DNA from: the human T2T-CHM13v2.0 reference genome, Homo sapiens | Length of the DNA stretch: 64,000 nt | Strand: one strand, 5' to 3' | Assembly (NCBI RefSeq): GCF_009914755.1 | Contig: NC_060925.1 | Shown here: in pieces, positions 14,601-31,894 of the stretch | Layout of the letters: every line of letters begins with the position of its first letter | Position numbering within the stretch: position 1 is the stretch's first letter | The notes under the pieces: generated by a model | Databases searched by the model: none | Seen by the model: only the letters and a program-made list of their open reading frames with translations | Told to the model about the DNA's origin: nothing | Program-made: the position numbers and the translations under genes

Positions 14601-15861
14601 AATTATATTGGAAAATTGATTAGTCTGCTTCATGGTTAAAAATATTACTTTGGCTATAATTAAAAGATTTTTACTTAATATTCGAAATACATGCATTAAA
14701 TTGTGTTTGAAAGCATCTTAATCTATATTTTTTACTTAACAGACTAAGTCTGGCAAACATGGTATGATTGCGAACAGAGACTGATTTAAAACTTTAAGGA
14801 TAGACAGTGGTGTATTCATTAGATTCTAACTTGCAAGATTTAGCTTCAATATTGAATGTGTACACACGAGTGTGCAAGCACACATACAGGTTCTTTTGTT
14901 GATGAAGAAATGAGGGTTACGTCATAGAAGAGCTTGCTAAATAGTCTTGAAGTGAACACTTGGATGAAATGTCCCATAGGAGTACTATATGTAAACTGTA
15001 GCCATTTAATAAACTAATTCTTTATAATTGGAGGATGAGTTGATTTTATGAATTTCAATAAAATACGTCTAAGTTATAAGAACCTAGCTAGGTGATAAAC
15101 TATTAGTATACAGAAGTCATCTCAGTTTTCAGCATGTTAAAAGTCTCCCAGATAAAAAGCTTACATTGAATTTATTTAAACAATTATAACTCCTAGTTAA
15201 TGTATATTATCAGGAAAACAATACTATGCAATAAATAGAAAATAATCATATACAAAATTGGAAGCTAGAACTATAGCAGCAAAAATAATGCACTGGACTA
15301 TTGTTAATTTATTGTTTCATAGACTTTCATGATGAGGTAATAGATAAACTCTTAATAATAAATAAGTAAATCAGTTTTATTTAATCTTTTTAAAAAATCC
15401 AGATCTTTATTTCTAACAAGGTTTCCAAAATGAGTTTCAAAAATAAATTGTGATGTTCTGTATTGTAATCCATAGAGAATTACCCAGGCTCTAAAATATT
15501 ATTACATGACATGTTTGTGAAATTTTCAACTTTAAATATTATCTTTAGCATTTACAGTCCTGACAATGTTATTCCTCAGTTCTCATCTCGTTGATAGGTG
15601 CTGGCAATTTGTGCAATTTGTGCAAACGCAGGAGCAACTTCCTCTCAATTAAGATAATGTGGATTGAAACAAGTTTCTTGGAATCCACATGGGAGAACAG
15701 ACAACCTACATGGTAAAAAGTCTGCAAACCTTATTATGAAAAGAAAAACAGAACTATTTAGAAAGGAAAAAGAAAAGGCTTATGGATAGGACATGAGAGC
15801 TGTCTCCAAGTAACTGAAGAGCTGTCATGTGGAATTGTGGTTCAAATTAGAATACTATAAT

Positions 15862-16290
15862 TATTCATTCATCTAACAAGTATGTATTGCGTCCTTTCTA
15901 TCTGCCAGACATTGTTCTTGGCACTGGGCATGCTGTAGTGAGCAAGAAAGACAATATCTCTCTACTTACAGAGCTTACTTCAAGTGGCTAAAACAGAAAT
16001 AGATGTCCAAGAGCATGGCAATTTCATATGGTGATAAGTGCAGTGAAGAAAAAAACAACCAATGTAATGTGGGATGGAGAGCCTGGGTTTTGAATGGTTA
16101 ACAAGAGCTTCTCTGAGGAGGTAACTTTTGATCTGAGAACTGATTAAGAAAAAAGAGCCAGTCATATAAATATCTGAGAGAAGAGCATTCCAGGCAGATC
16201 AAACACCAAGCAAAATGGTCCTAAGACAGGGAGGAAGTTGCCATGTTGGAGAACTAGAAAGGGGGCCAGTGTGGCTGGCAAAAAATTGGC
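15862..16290 (-). mobile_element. L2 3' fragment
   Basis: attcattcatctaacaagtatgtattg…tgccagacattgttcttggcactggg…agcattccaggcaga. Confidence 0.65.
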
Positions 16291-16624
16291 TTCTGATGAC
16301 AGCAGATTCACAGAAGCTGTTAAATCAAAATGCTCTCTTGTATTCTCTCTGAAATTGCACATAGAAATATAAAATTTCTGTGCAACTTTTATTTCTCAAT
16401 AGAAAGACAAGCATAGGTGCCACTCTATACGAAGCAGTGGGTAGAAAGTCCTCAGTGTAAATGCTCAGGCTGAACTCTAAGTCTCTGAAGACATGAGTGC
16501 AGTCAAACTGCCTTCATTTTAGACATAAAGTAATATGGTCCAGAGAGGATGCATTATGTAAAAGCATGATATAGTGGAAATTGCAGGGATTTGTATCAAA
16601 TAGACCTTGGTTCAAATCCTGACG

Positions 16625-19037
16625 TGGTGGATTTCAGTGTTTTGATGGGAGGGGCCATTTCCATGCTGTTACAACCTGATCTGGTCTTGTGATGTGCCCT
16701 AAAGAATGGAACACAATGAAAATTATATTGTGCAACTTCCGAGCCTTGGCATCAAGAGGATTTGCAACTTCTCCTCCTGCCTTTTTTGTAGCACTGACAA
16801 CTTGTGAACAAGTCCAGTGTAGTCTCTTTGAAGATAAGACCATACGGAGATACAGGCCTAATCACGTCAGCTGAGGACCCAGGCATGTGAATGAAATCAT
16901 CCAGGACCGGCCATCAGCCAGCCACCAAACAGTCTGTCAACTGATTGCAAATCCATGAGTGAGAAAAACTAATATCATGTGAAGCAAAGGCAAGTCAACC
17001 CAGCTGAGCCTTGGCCATACTGCCAAACTGTCGAAACAAGAGCAGAAAACGTGTTGCTGCTTTTGGTAAGGTTGTCTGATATGCAGCAATAGGTACGTGA
17101 TGCTGAAATAGGTTATGTTTGCTAGCATAACAAAATATAAAACATGTGGCCCTGGCTTTGGCATTGTGAGGCAGGCAGAGCCTTGAAAAACCAAGAGTAA
17201 GATCTTAGTAAAGGCTGGAAGAATGGTGAACAAACTGTTGTAGAGGTTTAAAATATGGTATGAAAATTGTTATTGGAGGGTTGGAAAAGTGGCCTGTATT
17301 ATGTGGTGACAGAACAATTGGCAAGAATGTCAGCAGTGATAATTTGGAAAACAGAAAGTGAACATAATACATCTCTAGAAAGAACACTGAACGTGTTCAG
17401 TTGAGTGTTTCTACCCAAGTGTGATAAGGTACTAAAAGAGAGAAAAGAGCTAAATAAGGCTATATTTAAATTTGCCATGCAAAACAGACAGAATCCAAGG
17501 GACCTAGGACACACTGGGTCAGAAAATAAACTATTCTTTATATTTGTTCTCTCCTAGATGGAAAAAAGGTTCTCAAAATAAAGTACCTTAAAGATCATCT
17601 CAAGAATATTGCAGTAAGACAGTTTGTTAAGACTTTAGAAAGACCTAAGGCAGGTCCTAGTAGATTCTCTCAGGGCTTCTAACATTCCTAAAGACATTGT
17701 ACCACAACAGCAAGGCATATCCAAAAATAAAAGAAATCTGTTTAAAAAGAATTATGGATGTGACTTTGGGCATCAATTTAGTCCTTAATAGATTCAAAAT
17801 TATGTTAACAGAGTTTTATGATGATATCACCATGAGTTAGGATTAAAAGAAACAATTCAAAACAAAGAGAGGAATAGGGTGCTATAACTTTATTTGGGCA
17901 GGAACAGGCTGACAAAACTACTCAGCTGTCAACAGGGGCCATCATTAGCCATTTACAAAACAAACAAACAAACAACAACAACAAAAAAAAAACTCAGAGG
18001 AGAAAATCAGTAGCCCAGAGATAATCAGTAGCCCAGAAGGCAGAGCCAACAGTAGATAGGAAAAATGTATTAGGACATCCTTACCAAGGAGCATAAATGG
18101 ACCCTGATTCTCCATCCCTGGAGCAAGAGGCCCTGAAAATATGTGCCAAACTGAATTTCAAAATTGCTATGGACAAGTGATTGCTATGTGCCTTCCATTT
18201 CTCCAGTTTCTAAAGGAGATTTTATCTACTGTGGTTCTCTTGACTGTATCGTTTTGTGTTGGGTATATGGAAGATAGAAAACATGTCTTTCTATATCACA
18301 GAATCCTCAGTAAAAAGAAACTAAAACCAAATAATCTCATAGGCATTTGGACTTGATGAAGATCATAAGATAATGAACCTTGAGCCTAATGCCATGATTA
18401 GATGATATTTTGGGTGTCTTGGAAAGGAGTGGATGCAGTTTACATTTGGGAGGGATGTGAATTGCTCTAATCAGAGGGCAAGTTAGGACTGTTTGCAAAG
18501 ATGGCTGCAATAATCCTTCCCTACTTCTATGCATGTCCCTTTGTAATGTGGTTTTGCACTTCTTTTTATCAATAAGTGGATGGTATTTACCTACTTCATG
18601 AACATACATTGACTTTGTAACATGCTTTGAATAAAATACGGAAGTAACACTGTGTAGACTTTGGAGTCTTTGTGTCAAGAGATCTTTCAGCTTCCACTCT
18701 TGTCCTCCTAGAACACTACTAGCCTTGTGAAGTAGCCTTATCAAACCTAAACCAGCCACCTTGATAAGACATTGTGAGGCAAGAGAGATTATGAAGAGAT
18801 AGAGAGAAAAGCTCAGCCATCTCCGCAATTATAGCAATCCCACATGATTGCTATATGCCCCACATGAGGCTCCAGACACATTAGTGGAACATCTTGATCC
18901 CCAGGGATCCAAACAACCAACTGTAAATGCATGATTGAGGCCAGCTGACACCCTGTGAAGTAGGAGAACTGATCGTGCGTGCTGAGCCCAAATTGCCAAC
19001 CCACATGACTATAGTCAAATAGATAACTGTTGTCTTA
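16625..19037 (+). mobile_element. MaLR MLT1 relic: LTR (about 16625-17105), internal region, LTR (about 18485-19037), inserted into a MIR
   Basis: Two related LTR-like blocks (gagccttggcatcaagagg / gagtctttgtgtcaagaga; ccagctgagccttggcc / tgctgagcccaaattgcc) flank MLT1-int-like sequence; MIR halves lie at about 16570-16623 and 19040-19190. Confidence 0.6.
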
Positions 19038-22000
19038 AGTCCTGGACAATTTATTTAACTTTCTCAGACTATTATTTCATCTGAAAACAATACTATCTAT
19101 CTTATAAACAGATTGTGAGGATTAAATGAAATAATTTACAAAAACATTTAGTCTATACATCCTAAGCACTGAATATAGGGTATCTAATAATGTGAATAAT
19201 GATAACAACTATAACAATGACCTATAATATTACACATGTCCAAGACAGTGATTTAGAAGCAGCTTTGGATTAAGACCAGGGCCTCCCAGGCCAAAGTACC
19301 TTTCCCCACACTACACTGCTTCTCCATATTTGTTAGATTTTTTTCTAACGTATTTATTTACTTGTGGAAAACAACAACAACAACATTTTATTTTAAATAA
19401 TTCATTTATATTAATATTACTCTTATTTATTCCATGATGTATCAGAGGGCAGAACTATATATAAAACATGGATGAAATTTATGAGAAGGGTGATATGGGG
19501 TCAATAAAAGGAACATATTTCTAAAACAGATCTTTCTACAGTCATACAGGTTATATTGCCTTAAAGATGTAGTATATTCCTTGTCACTAAAAGCATTCAA
19601 GAACAGGTTACATTTCTTCTCTCAGGACTACCAATACATGCAGTTAGAAGTTAGGCCAGCCGATTTTTACGTATCTTCTTAATATTGTGTGATACTTGCC
19701 CTGTTTTCTCAAAAATTCTCTGCATTTTAAAGGCTTATACAACAATCTAAGTCTTAAACCACAATCTATACATTCAGAAATTTCACTGACATTTTCATTT
19801 TTAGACACGTATAGATGCACTATAGAAAAGCAACATAGAATATGAAAATTTTTTAATTGGCCTTTTCTCCTTCGATTGAGATCAATACTCAAAACATTCA
19901 ATTCTTTTATGTGTTAACTGTCTGTTCATATACTGGGAAAAAAATAAACTCGATATGCTCTTGCCAAAAAAATCTATGTATTCATTTATCCAGCGAATAT
20001 TTATGAAACATTTATCAAGCCTCTCCTATACATTAAGCTTTGTGCTATGGGGTATAAGGTTGTGTTTTACAGAAACACCTACATAAATACTTTGATGCCA
20101 AAAAAAGAGGCTTAAATATTTTCAGTCTTTACTTCTTAGCATTTTATAAGAGAGACCTATTACATGGATACTTATTTACCTAATTTGATACTTATTAAAA
20201 CAAAATCTATTCATTTGAGATATTTTCATAATTAAAGTTAATCACAAGTTAATCTATGTATAGAAAGGGCTTACAAGTGAAGTGAACTGTTGCTTGGGTT
20301 TAGATTTGATTTAGGATAGAAATAAATACTTCTTAGTTTATTTATCTGTGCAGTAATAAAGCTATGCAACTTGCAGTTTCATGTTACAGATTTGCAGTAT
20401 ATAATATGTAGCTCTCCAAGAGAACAAAATTTATGGACAAAATTAATGAAAACAAAATGTTTTTATCTACTTCCTATCAATATAATGTGAACACAGGTCA
20501 AGGGGTTATTTTATGTGAAGTCCAAACCATTTCTAATATTCCCTCTTAAACAGATCACTTCTCTGTTTTGTCATGATAATTTAGCTTTAATCAAGCTTGA
20601 CAGATTGATTTCTCTCCCACCTTTCAAAATTTAAACTTGGAGCCGATATACATTTGTATAGAAAAATGATTTCATAACTATATTTTAAATATGACTTTAC
20701 TATCTTTATAAAACATAAATAGAATCTCAAGAAAAGCAACCTTGTTATTTTGAAACATTCTTGGAAAGACAGATTTGAAGAGGAAGAATATAGTTAATAA
20801 AAGCCATTTTTGATGTTATTTAACACAAAAGCAAACAGATCTTTTCATATTTGACATTAAAAATATGATCATTTGCCTTTCTAAAGAAAGCACATACAGC
20901 TTTTATATAGACTGCACAGTAAAGAATAATAATATTTCTGTTTACTGAGATATCAACTGGCATTTCACTGTAAGTCAATGGTCTATCGGTGCTACAGCAT
21001 ATTAGACCTCAATCTGGCATCTACAAATGTCAAGAGTATAAAATATATATATATATACAGGATGAAAATCAAAAGCATGTTCCAAACTCCCAAAAAAATA
21101 AAAAAAGGGAAACAAAGTTCACGCAAACATATTTGCTGCAGAAATCAGTGCAATATTCAGCTGTCAATCCAGAAAAACAACGAGGGAGCCACACTGTCAG
21201 TAGGACAGGATAATAAAATTTCTAGCAGATGTTCAGTCAGGGCTCTAATTTTCACCGAACTCCCTTGGTAAGCATTTAATTTCTTTATCATATGCAAGCT
21301 TGGCAAATTGTACTTCATCAAAATTGTATTGTGAAATATTAATATTTCATATGATAACAAAACCCCATAGAATAACCTTTGTCATATTAAGAGCATCCAA
21401 ATTTCAAATGTCAAGATTCTGAATTTTAATTCATTTTAAATAGATTCTTCAATTGCCATAATAAATTATAATAAGGCTAATCTAAATTGGTATACTATAA
21501 TGTCACCGAAATGTATAGTACATGTAATATTTTAATAGACGTCTTTAGTAAAAGGCTGTGGGGAAATAAGTATGTTCATACTACTGAGTTGTATACTACC
21601 AACATTTCATCAATAGGAAAGCACAGAAATAAGAAATAAGCACATACGATGTAATTATATATTCACAAATTTAATCACTAATTAGGAACCAGATAAGGAA
21701 ACAAAAAAAGTAGACCTCTATGAGGCAAACGGACTACTCTGCAAAATCACGTATGGAAAATAATCTTTTTTGAAAATGGCATTACATAAGCCCAAGGTGG
21801 CTTCATTATTTTTGTCATTGCAATTTGCAGAAATATGTTTAAAATAGTCTGCACAATATTTTGTTGTACCCACCATCAAAGTAAGTAAAATAGGGTTTCC
21901 AAAAAACCCCGCATGGTTACATTTCATGTGCCAAATTTAATTTCCATTTGTTCATAACTCCCCTTTTGAACCAGCATCACAGACTTCTAAATTGATAGAT

Positions 22001-23573
22001 TAAATTCAAATTGGAGGTTTAGAAGGAAGTTAACTTCCACATTTATTTCTGCTGGTGATCCTAATAAAGGCAAGTGCTCCTAGGTTACTGAAAGACACAG
22101 CATCACAAATCAATGCATGTCACCAACAGTGTAAAGACTGATGTCTCTGATTAATCAGAATTCAATTATTGCAAGCGAAGAAAACATCAAATTCAAAGCA
22201 GCAAACACCTCTTTTTTTCAGCTATAATTCTTCACCTGTGCCCAATTAGCCACCTATTTCGGTTTACATATATGTTTTTTAATAGCATAACTAATATAGT
22301 CAGTATATGCTATCTGAGACTCAGTTTTCTCCAATAGATTAAACATTTGATTACAGCTTCTCAGTAATTCTTAACGAATCAATTGAAACAAAGACAAATA
22401 TACTATCAATATTCTACAAGGTTATAAACAATTGATTCATGGTATTCTAAAGCTGAATCTAGTATATTCTGTTACGCTTCACACTTTGTTTAATAAAATA
22501 TTCAGTTGATCTATTTGAAAAAATAACTTCTCTTTAAATATAAAAAATCTTTACGAAGGATTTTTTTCCTGCACTGTTTTTTTTTCTGACTTTTGAGAAT
22601 TCTCTAGATTTTCCTGACCACACTTACACATTGCATCTTGTAAAGCTGTCAGAGTAAGACAGCCTTAATGTTTTAGCCATAATAATGCCAGCTATTGATC
22701 CTAGTAAGAGGAAAAAGAGAGAATGTGCTTAATGGGGCATGTTTGTTCTCTATTATTTTCTTTGCCTAAGGATAAAGCTGATTCAAATAATGATACTCTT
22801 TTCTTAGTCACTAAATTCACACATTCATATACATTAATTATTACTAACTACCAGTTAGTATTAAATACATTGAGAGGTTTAGCATTTGTAATTTATCAAT
22901 AAATGGTCTAAAAATGTTAAAGTCTGTTGTTCTTTTCTAATTCAAAACCATATAAGGATGCAATCCTCTTGTATAAAGCATCTTACTTTGAAAACATGCA
23001 TTTATATGCTTTGTGTACTTTAAAGACTCAATCTCAACTTTAATACGTAGTTTATTTCCTACTAAGTATAAGATGTCCACTTCTGGTTAAGTACAAAGTC
23101 ATAATGTTAAATGAAACTCAGGGTATTTGTTTTTGAGAAAGGTTTCTGTATTCCAAATTTATAAAGAATCTATCTTATTACCAATACCAATAAGTTACAC
23201 TGAGATTCTTTTCAACATAAATTGAATTCCAGAATTTTGTGCAAACCAAATCAATTGTGTCCCTATCTTTGAGCTGAGGCATCCAAAAATAATGAAACAA
23301 TTAATAATACAAAAATAAGAGTTTGAGATTATTAAATGAAAAAGTCACTTTCATAATATTTATATCTTTGTTGCTTCCTAGACAATACTAAATGAGCAAT
23401 ATATGCCTGCCCCTTCTTCCATGGGACAGAAAGGAAGGAAAGAAACTAAAGATTAATGTGTAATGATAGGTCTTGTCAAATAGTTTAATAAGTAGTATTT
23501 CTTAGTAAAAAAAATCCATTATAATGTTTATACCTTAATTAAAATATACGATAGACATTTCTATATGACTTCA

Positions 23574-23831
<258 letters not shown>

Positions 23832-26800
23832 TCATATTACATCTAAATTGTCCATATAATATTTTACCAAAAAAATCACTTCAACACAGCATCCGAATTA
23901 ATATAGATTACAACAGTCTGTTTACAATGAAAAAAACTGGCAAAAAGTCAGTGAGCAGTGAACTGAATTCATATAATATGGCCTTTTAATTTCAAAGGCA
24001 GTATGAAGAGTATTAGCAGAAATAAAATCAATTAAATCAACAAACAACTGTATTTAAAACATACTGAGATTCAAATACAAAAGGGAATAATTTTAGAATT
24101 TTTCTCCCTGGTCCAATCCAGTCTCTTTGTACTTAAGTTATGAAAATACCTTTAGTGCTCAGAGATATGGGCAACGGCAAGTCAGGAGGCCTAAATTCAA
24201 TTTCCAGTAATTTCACTACTGTTTAGGCGATTTTAGGAAAGGGAACTAATAAGTCCCTGTCTTTTCTTCTCTATAGTTTTCAGTATAGCAGCAGGAATGC
24301 TGCTTGCCTAATTTCTACCTCACAGGAAGACTGGAAAATTCAGGAAATCATAAGCTGCAGGGAGACATTTAATTTGGAAAGTGGGTAGTGTTCTCATGCA
24401 TTACGGGGGTTTGTTCTTTTTTCTGAAACCAAATAGGTCCCAAATAGTTTACGTCAAAATCTTCGACTGGCACTCAAAACTGTAAATTTACCTTTGTTAA
24501 ATGATCATGGTAATAATGCTTCTTTGCAGGATTATTGGAATGATTTAATAAAAACACTTACTCTTAGCACATGGCACACTGAAACATCATACATAGGTGC
24601 TTGCTAAATGTTGTCTCTTTTTCTGACTGGGGAGGTTATTAAAGATTGCATCAGGCCTTTTGTTTGTAAAGTGTCTCTCTCACTCCATTCCTCCCTCCCC
24701 TTCTCTCTCTCTATCTCCAAAAGACAAATAACATTGGAAAATATAAAAAGGATGAATTTTCTCAGCCAAAGCAGTTACTGAATGGACAGGGCTAGTTAAT
24801 TCAAAAGTAGAAATCCATTCTCTTGTGAATCATCACTCAAAAGAAAAGTTATTTGAGCAGAACTTTAATTTTATAGGAGTGTGTCTTGTGTAGATAAAGA
24901 TTTCCATGACTTGCATAGAAATTATTTCTGGCCCTCCACCACTTACAATGCAAAGCAAAGTTCACTTAATATGTAAAAAGGCATCAAACTTGTCAATTGA
25001 AACACTAATGTGTCTCTGGTACATGCAAAGAGATGCCTGATGGGATCCAGGCTTCAGCTATGGCAGGCACCTTCTCCCAGGGATGTTCTGGGCTTCAAGG
25101 CACATTTCTGAATATTGGTTAGTCTGGGTGTGAACATAATTTTTCTGTCCTCACACAGGATTGCTATACTATTAAAAGGATTATTAGCAAATACAAAAGC
25201 TACAATGTAAAATATAGGAAATTGGAGGTTAATTTGAGGTGTGTGTATGTATATCTGTCCACGCATGGATGTTAACAATGACAAAAACTGGCAAAAAGTC
25301 AGTTAGCAGTAAACCGAATATATACGATATCATCCTTTTTAAATTTCAAAGGAAGTATGGAAAGTATTATCAATTAAATAAACAAACAAACAACTTTATT
25401 TAAAACATACTGAAATTCAAACACAAAAGGGAATAATTTCAGAATTTTTCTCCTGGTCCCACTAACCAGCCTCTTTGTACTTAATTTATGAAACCTTGCT
25501 TGATGGTATTTTCTTAGCTTTGTGTAATCATAATGTAAATTCAATCAAGCAAGTTTTAGGGTTAGACTAAAGAAGAATTTCCTGACACTACAGGTTGATT
25601 AATATCAGTAAAAGTATAGAAGCAACTTCTCTGTCTTAGAAACAATGTTGAGCCAACTTGCCTTTGATGGCAATAGCATAACTACATATGGTCCCATGTG
25701 TCTGTACTTTACAAGGTGAAATAAGTGAACTTACAAGTATTCTTCTCTTTTTATGGCTGTGTGTTGAAATATCTATTTTTTTCAATCTTACAGATGAATT
25801 TTGGTTTGTTCATAATTGTAGCTATATATGGCATTAGGCAACAGCCCAAGGAGGCAGATATATGTGTAGTTCAACTTGCATTGCTTAATTTATGTAGTTT
25901 TAAATAAATAAGTAATTGCTTTGAAATTCTTACGAACATTGCTGCCTTAATACTTAGAAAGAAAATGATTTGGACACATTTTGCAAGATTTTCCTTAAGC
26001 TTCAAAACAAAACAAAAACCAAACACAACAAAGCAAACAATAATAAAATACACACACACACACACACAGACACAATTCTTTCAAATGAGAAATACAGCTT
26101 CTTATATATTTTTTCTTTTATTCACAAAAGTGCTACTATGTATATGTGTTTATAATATAATCTAAAATCTTCACTTGTCATAGGCAGTCTTTTTTCATAC
26201 TGTGCAACACAGGGCTATTTTTAGCTTTGTCTTTGTCGTGCTATAGCAACTCAGTCTGTTCAGCTTCATCATATATCCAAGCCCTAATGTACACCTCCTT
26301 TTCTGAATTTTAAAAGCCTGTTCCCCCTCTGTACCCTTGCTCAGAGAACTCAAGCATATCTACTTTCAGCTCCCATCACAAGGTTAATTCCTCCCAAACC
26401 TCAATTGCAATATCCAAACTCAGATTTCCAAGAGACATCAAGGCCTTTGGATGTAGATGCTTTGCTCTTACACTTTAACCTCAACTCTTTTATCTCATCA
26501 TATTCCCTCCTAACAAATATGTTATTTAGATTTTCAATTTCAGACAATACTATTTTTCCATTCATCCAGTAGTGTTAGTAAATAACAGATATAAGGAAAC
26601 AACCTAGGTGTTGAACAATGGGGATAGGTTCCATAATGGCTATATTGTAAAAAGGAATGCTATGCTAGTATCAGAAATGATACAGAAGAAAATAATTTAT
26701 TGACATGAAAGAGGGTTTATTATGTACAAAGTAAAACTGTGAGTTAATATTATAATATTATATGTAAATTCCAAGTTTTTGGTGGAAAAACATATATATC

Positions 26801-27003
26801 TATTTTGCTGTACGTTTCTGTTTATCCATCAATCACAAAAGATAAACATCAACATGCTAGGAGAATTACATCTCAGAATCAGGGTTTTAGATGACCTTTA
26901 ATTTTTAAATTTTTGCTTATTATAATTTTCATATTTTCAATAATAAATACAAGTTAATTGAGATAGATTTGAAGGTAAACTAAAACAATTTTTAAAAGCC
27001 ATG

Positions 27004-27360
27004 TGTGTTAGTTCATTTTTACACTGCTGTTAAAGACATGCTCAAAACTGGGCAATTTACAAAGGAAAGAGGTTTAACTGGACTTACAGTTCCACCTGGC
27101 TGGGGAAGCCTCACAATCATGGTGGGAGGCAAGGAGGAGCAAGTCACATCTTACATGGATGACAGCAGGCAAAGAGGGAGAGCTTATGCAGTGGAACTCC
27201 TCTTTTTAAAACCATTAGATCTTGTGAGACTTATTCACTATCAGGAGAACAGCACAGGAAAGACCTGGCCCCATGATTCAATTTCCTCCCAACGGGTCCC
27301 TCCCACAACACATGGGAATACAAGATGAGATTTGAGTGGGGACACAGTCAAACCATATCA
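27004..27360 (-). mobile_element. THE1-family MaLR solo LTR
   Basis: tgtgttagttcattttt…gaggtttaactggacttacagttccac…gggtccctcccacaacacatggg…aaaccatatca, 357 bp. Confidence 0.88.
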
Positions 27361-28351
27361 TCCTGATACTCTAAAACCCATTAAGTGAAGCTCAAAGTAA
27401 AGAGCCTGCCCTTTAGTTTCCTCCATAGAGTGTCCTGAATCAACTTTTTCAGTTCTATGTATTATTATGTAGAGCTAGAACAATCAAAGAGACTATCTAC
27501 TTTAAAAGCTTTATTTTACAAACAGAAAACAAAAGCCAAAGGAGGCTAAATGAATATCTGTAAGTTGCTCAGTTACTGGTAAAGCCACAATAAAATATAT
27601 AGTTTGCTGTCTTGTTGGCTTATGTTCTTAAGCCACCCCTCAGAAATAAAATGTTTCAATCATTGCTTCTCCAAAATACTTTGTGCCTCCCTACCTCTGC
27701 ACTTTTCACATTCCATCTTTCTTCTCCATCTGCTGAAAATTACCCATTCTAAAGTCCTTCCCTTGTCATTACAGAGAAATTATTTTATCTGAGACACTTA
27801 TAGATCATAAAAAATATAATTATTTTAATTAATTACATTGAAAATATTTGGTTATATGTTTAAGTATTAAAATGCATTAACTTCCCCATATTTTTCAGGA
27901 AACCAACTTAAAATTTCTTTGCATGGCATAGTCTGATTTTTTTATAACATAGTGCCAATATACCTGTTAGACTCAGTTATTAATGTTCATATAGAACTAT
28001 TTTCATTCATTTACTTATTCAGCAGGTATTTGTTAAGAACTTGGGGTTAAAAAGATGAACAAAACAGACAAGGTCTCTGACATTTATATGCAAAAAAATA
28101 CAAATAAATCTACCACCTACCACCAAATAAACACAAAATTTAAACTACCAATAGTTCATCACACTGTTACATGTATTTTACCTGCCTAAAATACAAATAA
28201 ATCTAAGACTTTACTCATGCGTTAAACTCTTCATAATCCTTCCAAACTCAACTGATTCATTCAAGCATATACTTGTTGGGACATTTCCTTACTACCACCT
28301 ATACACTTTTCTGAAGTAGTTACCTCTTTTTTATTTACTATTCCACAATTT

Positions 28352-30152
<1,801 letters not shown>

Positions 30153-30306
30153 CTATTCCACAGTTTAAAATATGCTGCTACTCAGCTGTCATCATAGTCG
30201 GCTGTACATGTTAATTTTCTCTTCAAAAACAAGCTCCTTGAGGACAGTGACCAAACATATCTTAACCAAATTATTATCTCCATTGCAATTAAAAATATGC
30301 ATGTAT

Positions 30307-30600
<294 letters not shown>

Positions 30601-31699
30601 CTATATAAAATACTTATTCTTGAAGGCAATTCTTTCCTCTGTAGAGATATAAATAAAATCACCTTTTCACATGGCATTCCTCAAGTATATTTTGCAGAAC
30701 TAACATATACTTCCTACATCTCCTTTTTTTCTCTAGGCTAAACATTTTTATCTTTAATAATTATTTTTAATACAAAATGCTTTTAGTATTCTAGTTATCC
30801 TTTGTCAGATATCTCATTTACCTATATGCTATGAAATTGAGGAATCCGCTAACATAGTTGAAAAGGTTAAAAATGAGAACTCGAATTTTTGCCATTTCCC
30901 TCCCTCCCTTCCCATTGTAAAGCAAGAATCATTTTATAACCTGGACATCACCATGACCTCTTTGATTGTTCAAAATACACTCAATGAAAACTAAAGAAAA
31001 CTACAAAAGGAAAAGAAGCTGAAGTCCTAAAGAACTGAGATGAGAATGGTAAAAATGGAGATTAAGGAAAAGCTAAATGTCCAAGTTTTAGAGTGTAAAG
31101 ATAAAGAGCAACCTTTCCTTTTTAGAAGTCCTTCCTAGACATAAGAAAAATTGAAAATAACAAGGATGTTTAAAGACTATTTTTTTAAAGTTTGCTTTCT
31201 TCACCCTTAGAATTTTTGGGGGGAGACTGAGTAAAGGTTTTATTCACTTACAATAAAATTTCTAAAAATTAACTCCATGACAAGTATAGACCATCAGGAG
31301 CCCCAAATATATATGCATTACACTTAATTTTTTTCATTTCATTGTCATCTGCAAGTTCCTTCAAGCTTCTTTACTACATACAGAATAAAGCAGAACCTCA
31401 GCATTATATAATCCCAATTGTGATCTGGGCCCTTCTCCCTCCCCGCCCTTTCTAATCTCATCTCCTATCCCTCCTTCAAAATATTTTTTGCTTCCACTTA
31501 TTGAACTAGTTATAATTTCTCAAATAAAACAATATCATTAATGCATCTTTGCATTTTGCCTTTCGTTTTTTGTTTTTGCTTAGAATGTTCTTTCCTGCCG
31601 GTGTTAATGCTTTGAAAATTCCAACTAAGCCTTCAAAAGTCAGTCCTGTTGTCCTCTCCACTAAAAATCCTCCTTATGTGTAAAAAAGGGAGACAGAGG

Positions 31700-31894
31700 G
31701 GGAAATGATAAACTATCATTTAATGCGTATAGTGTTTTAGTTTTGCAAGGTAAAAAAGTTCTGGAGAAACATGATGTATGTGCTTAATGCCACTGGAACT
31801 GTACACTTAAAGATGTCTAAGATGGTAAATTTTATATTATGTATGTTTTATCACAATTTAACCATGAATAATTATTTTAAACTAAAAAAAAAAA
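31700..31894 (+). mobile_element. L1MB-like 3' end with A tail
   Basis: gcaaggtaaaaaagttctggaga…actgtacacttaaagatgtctaagatggtaaattttatattatg. Confidence 0.6.

Noticed and set aside
18337-18828. 163-aa minus-strand ORF
   Set aside because: Lies within the MLT1 LTR/internal relic; no coding signature.
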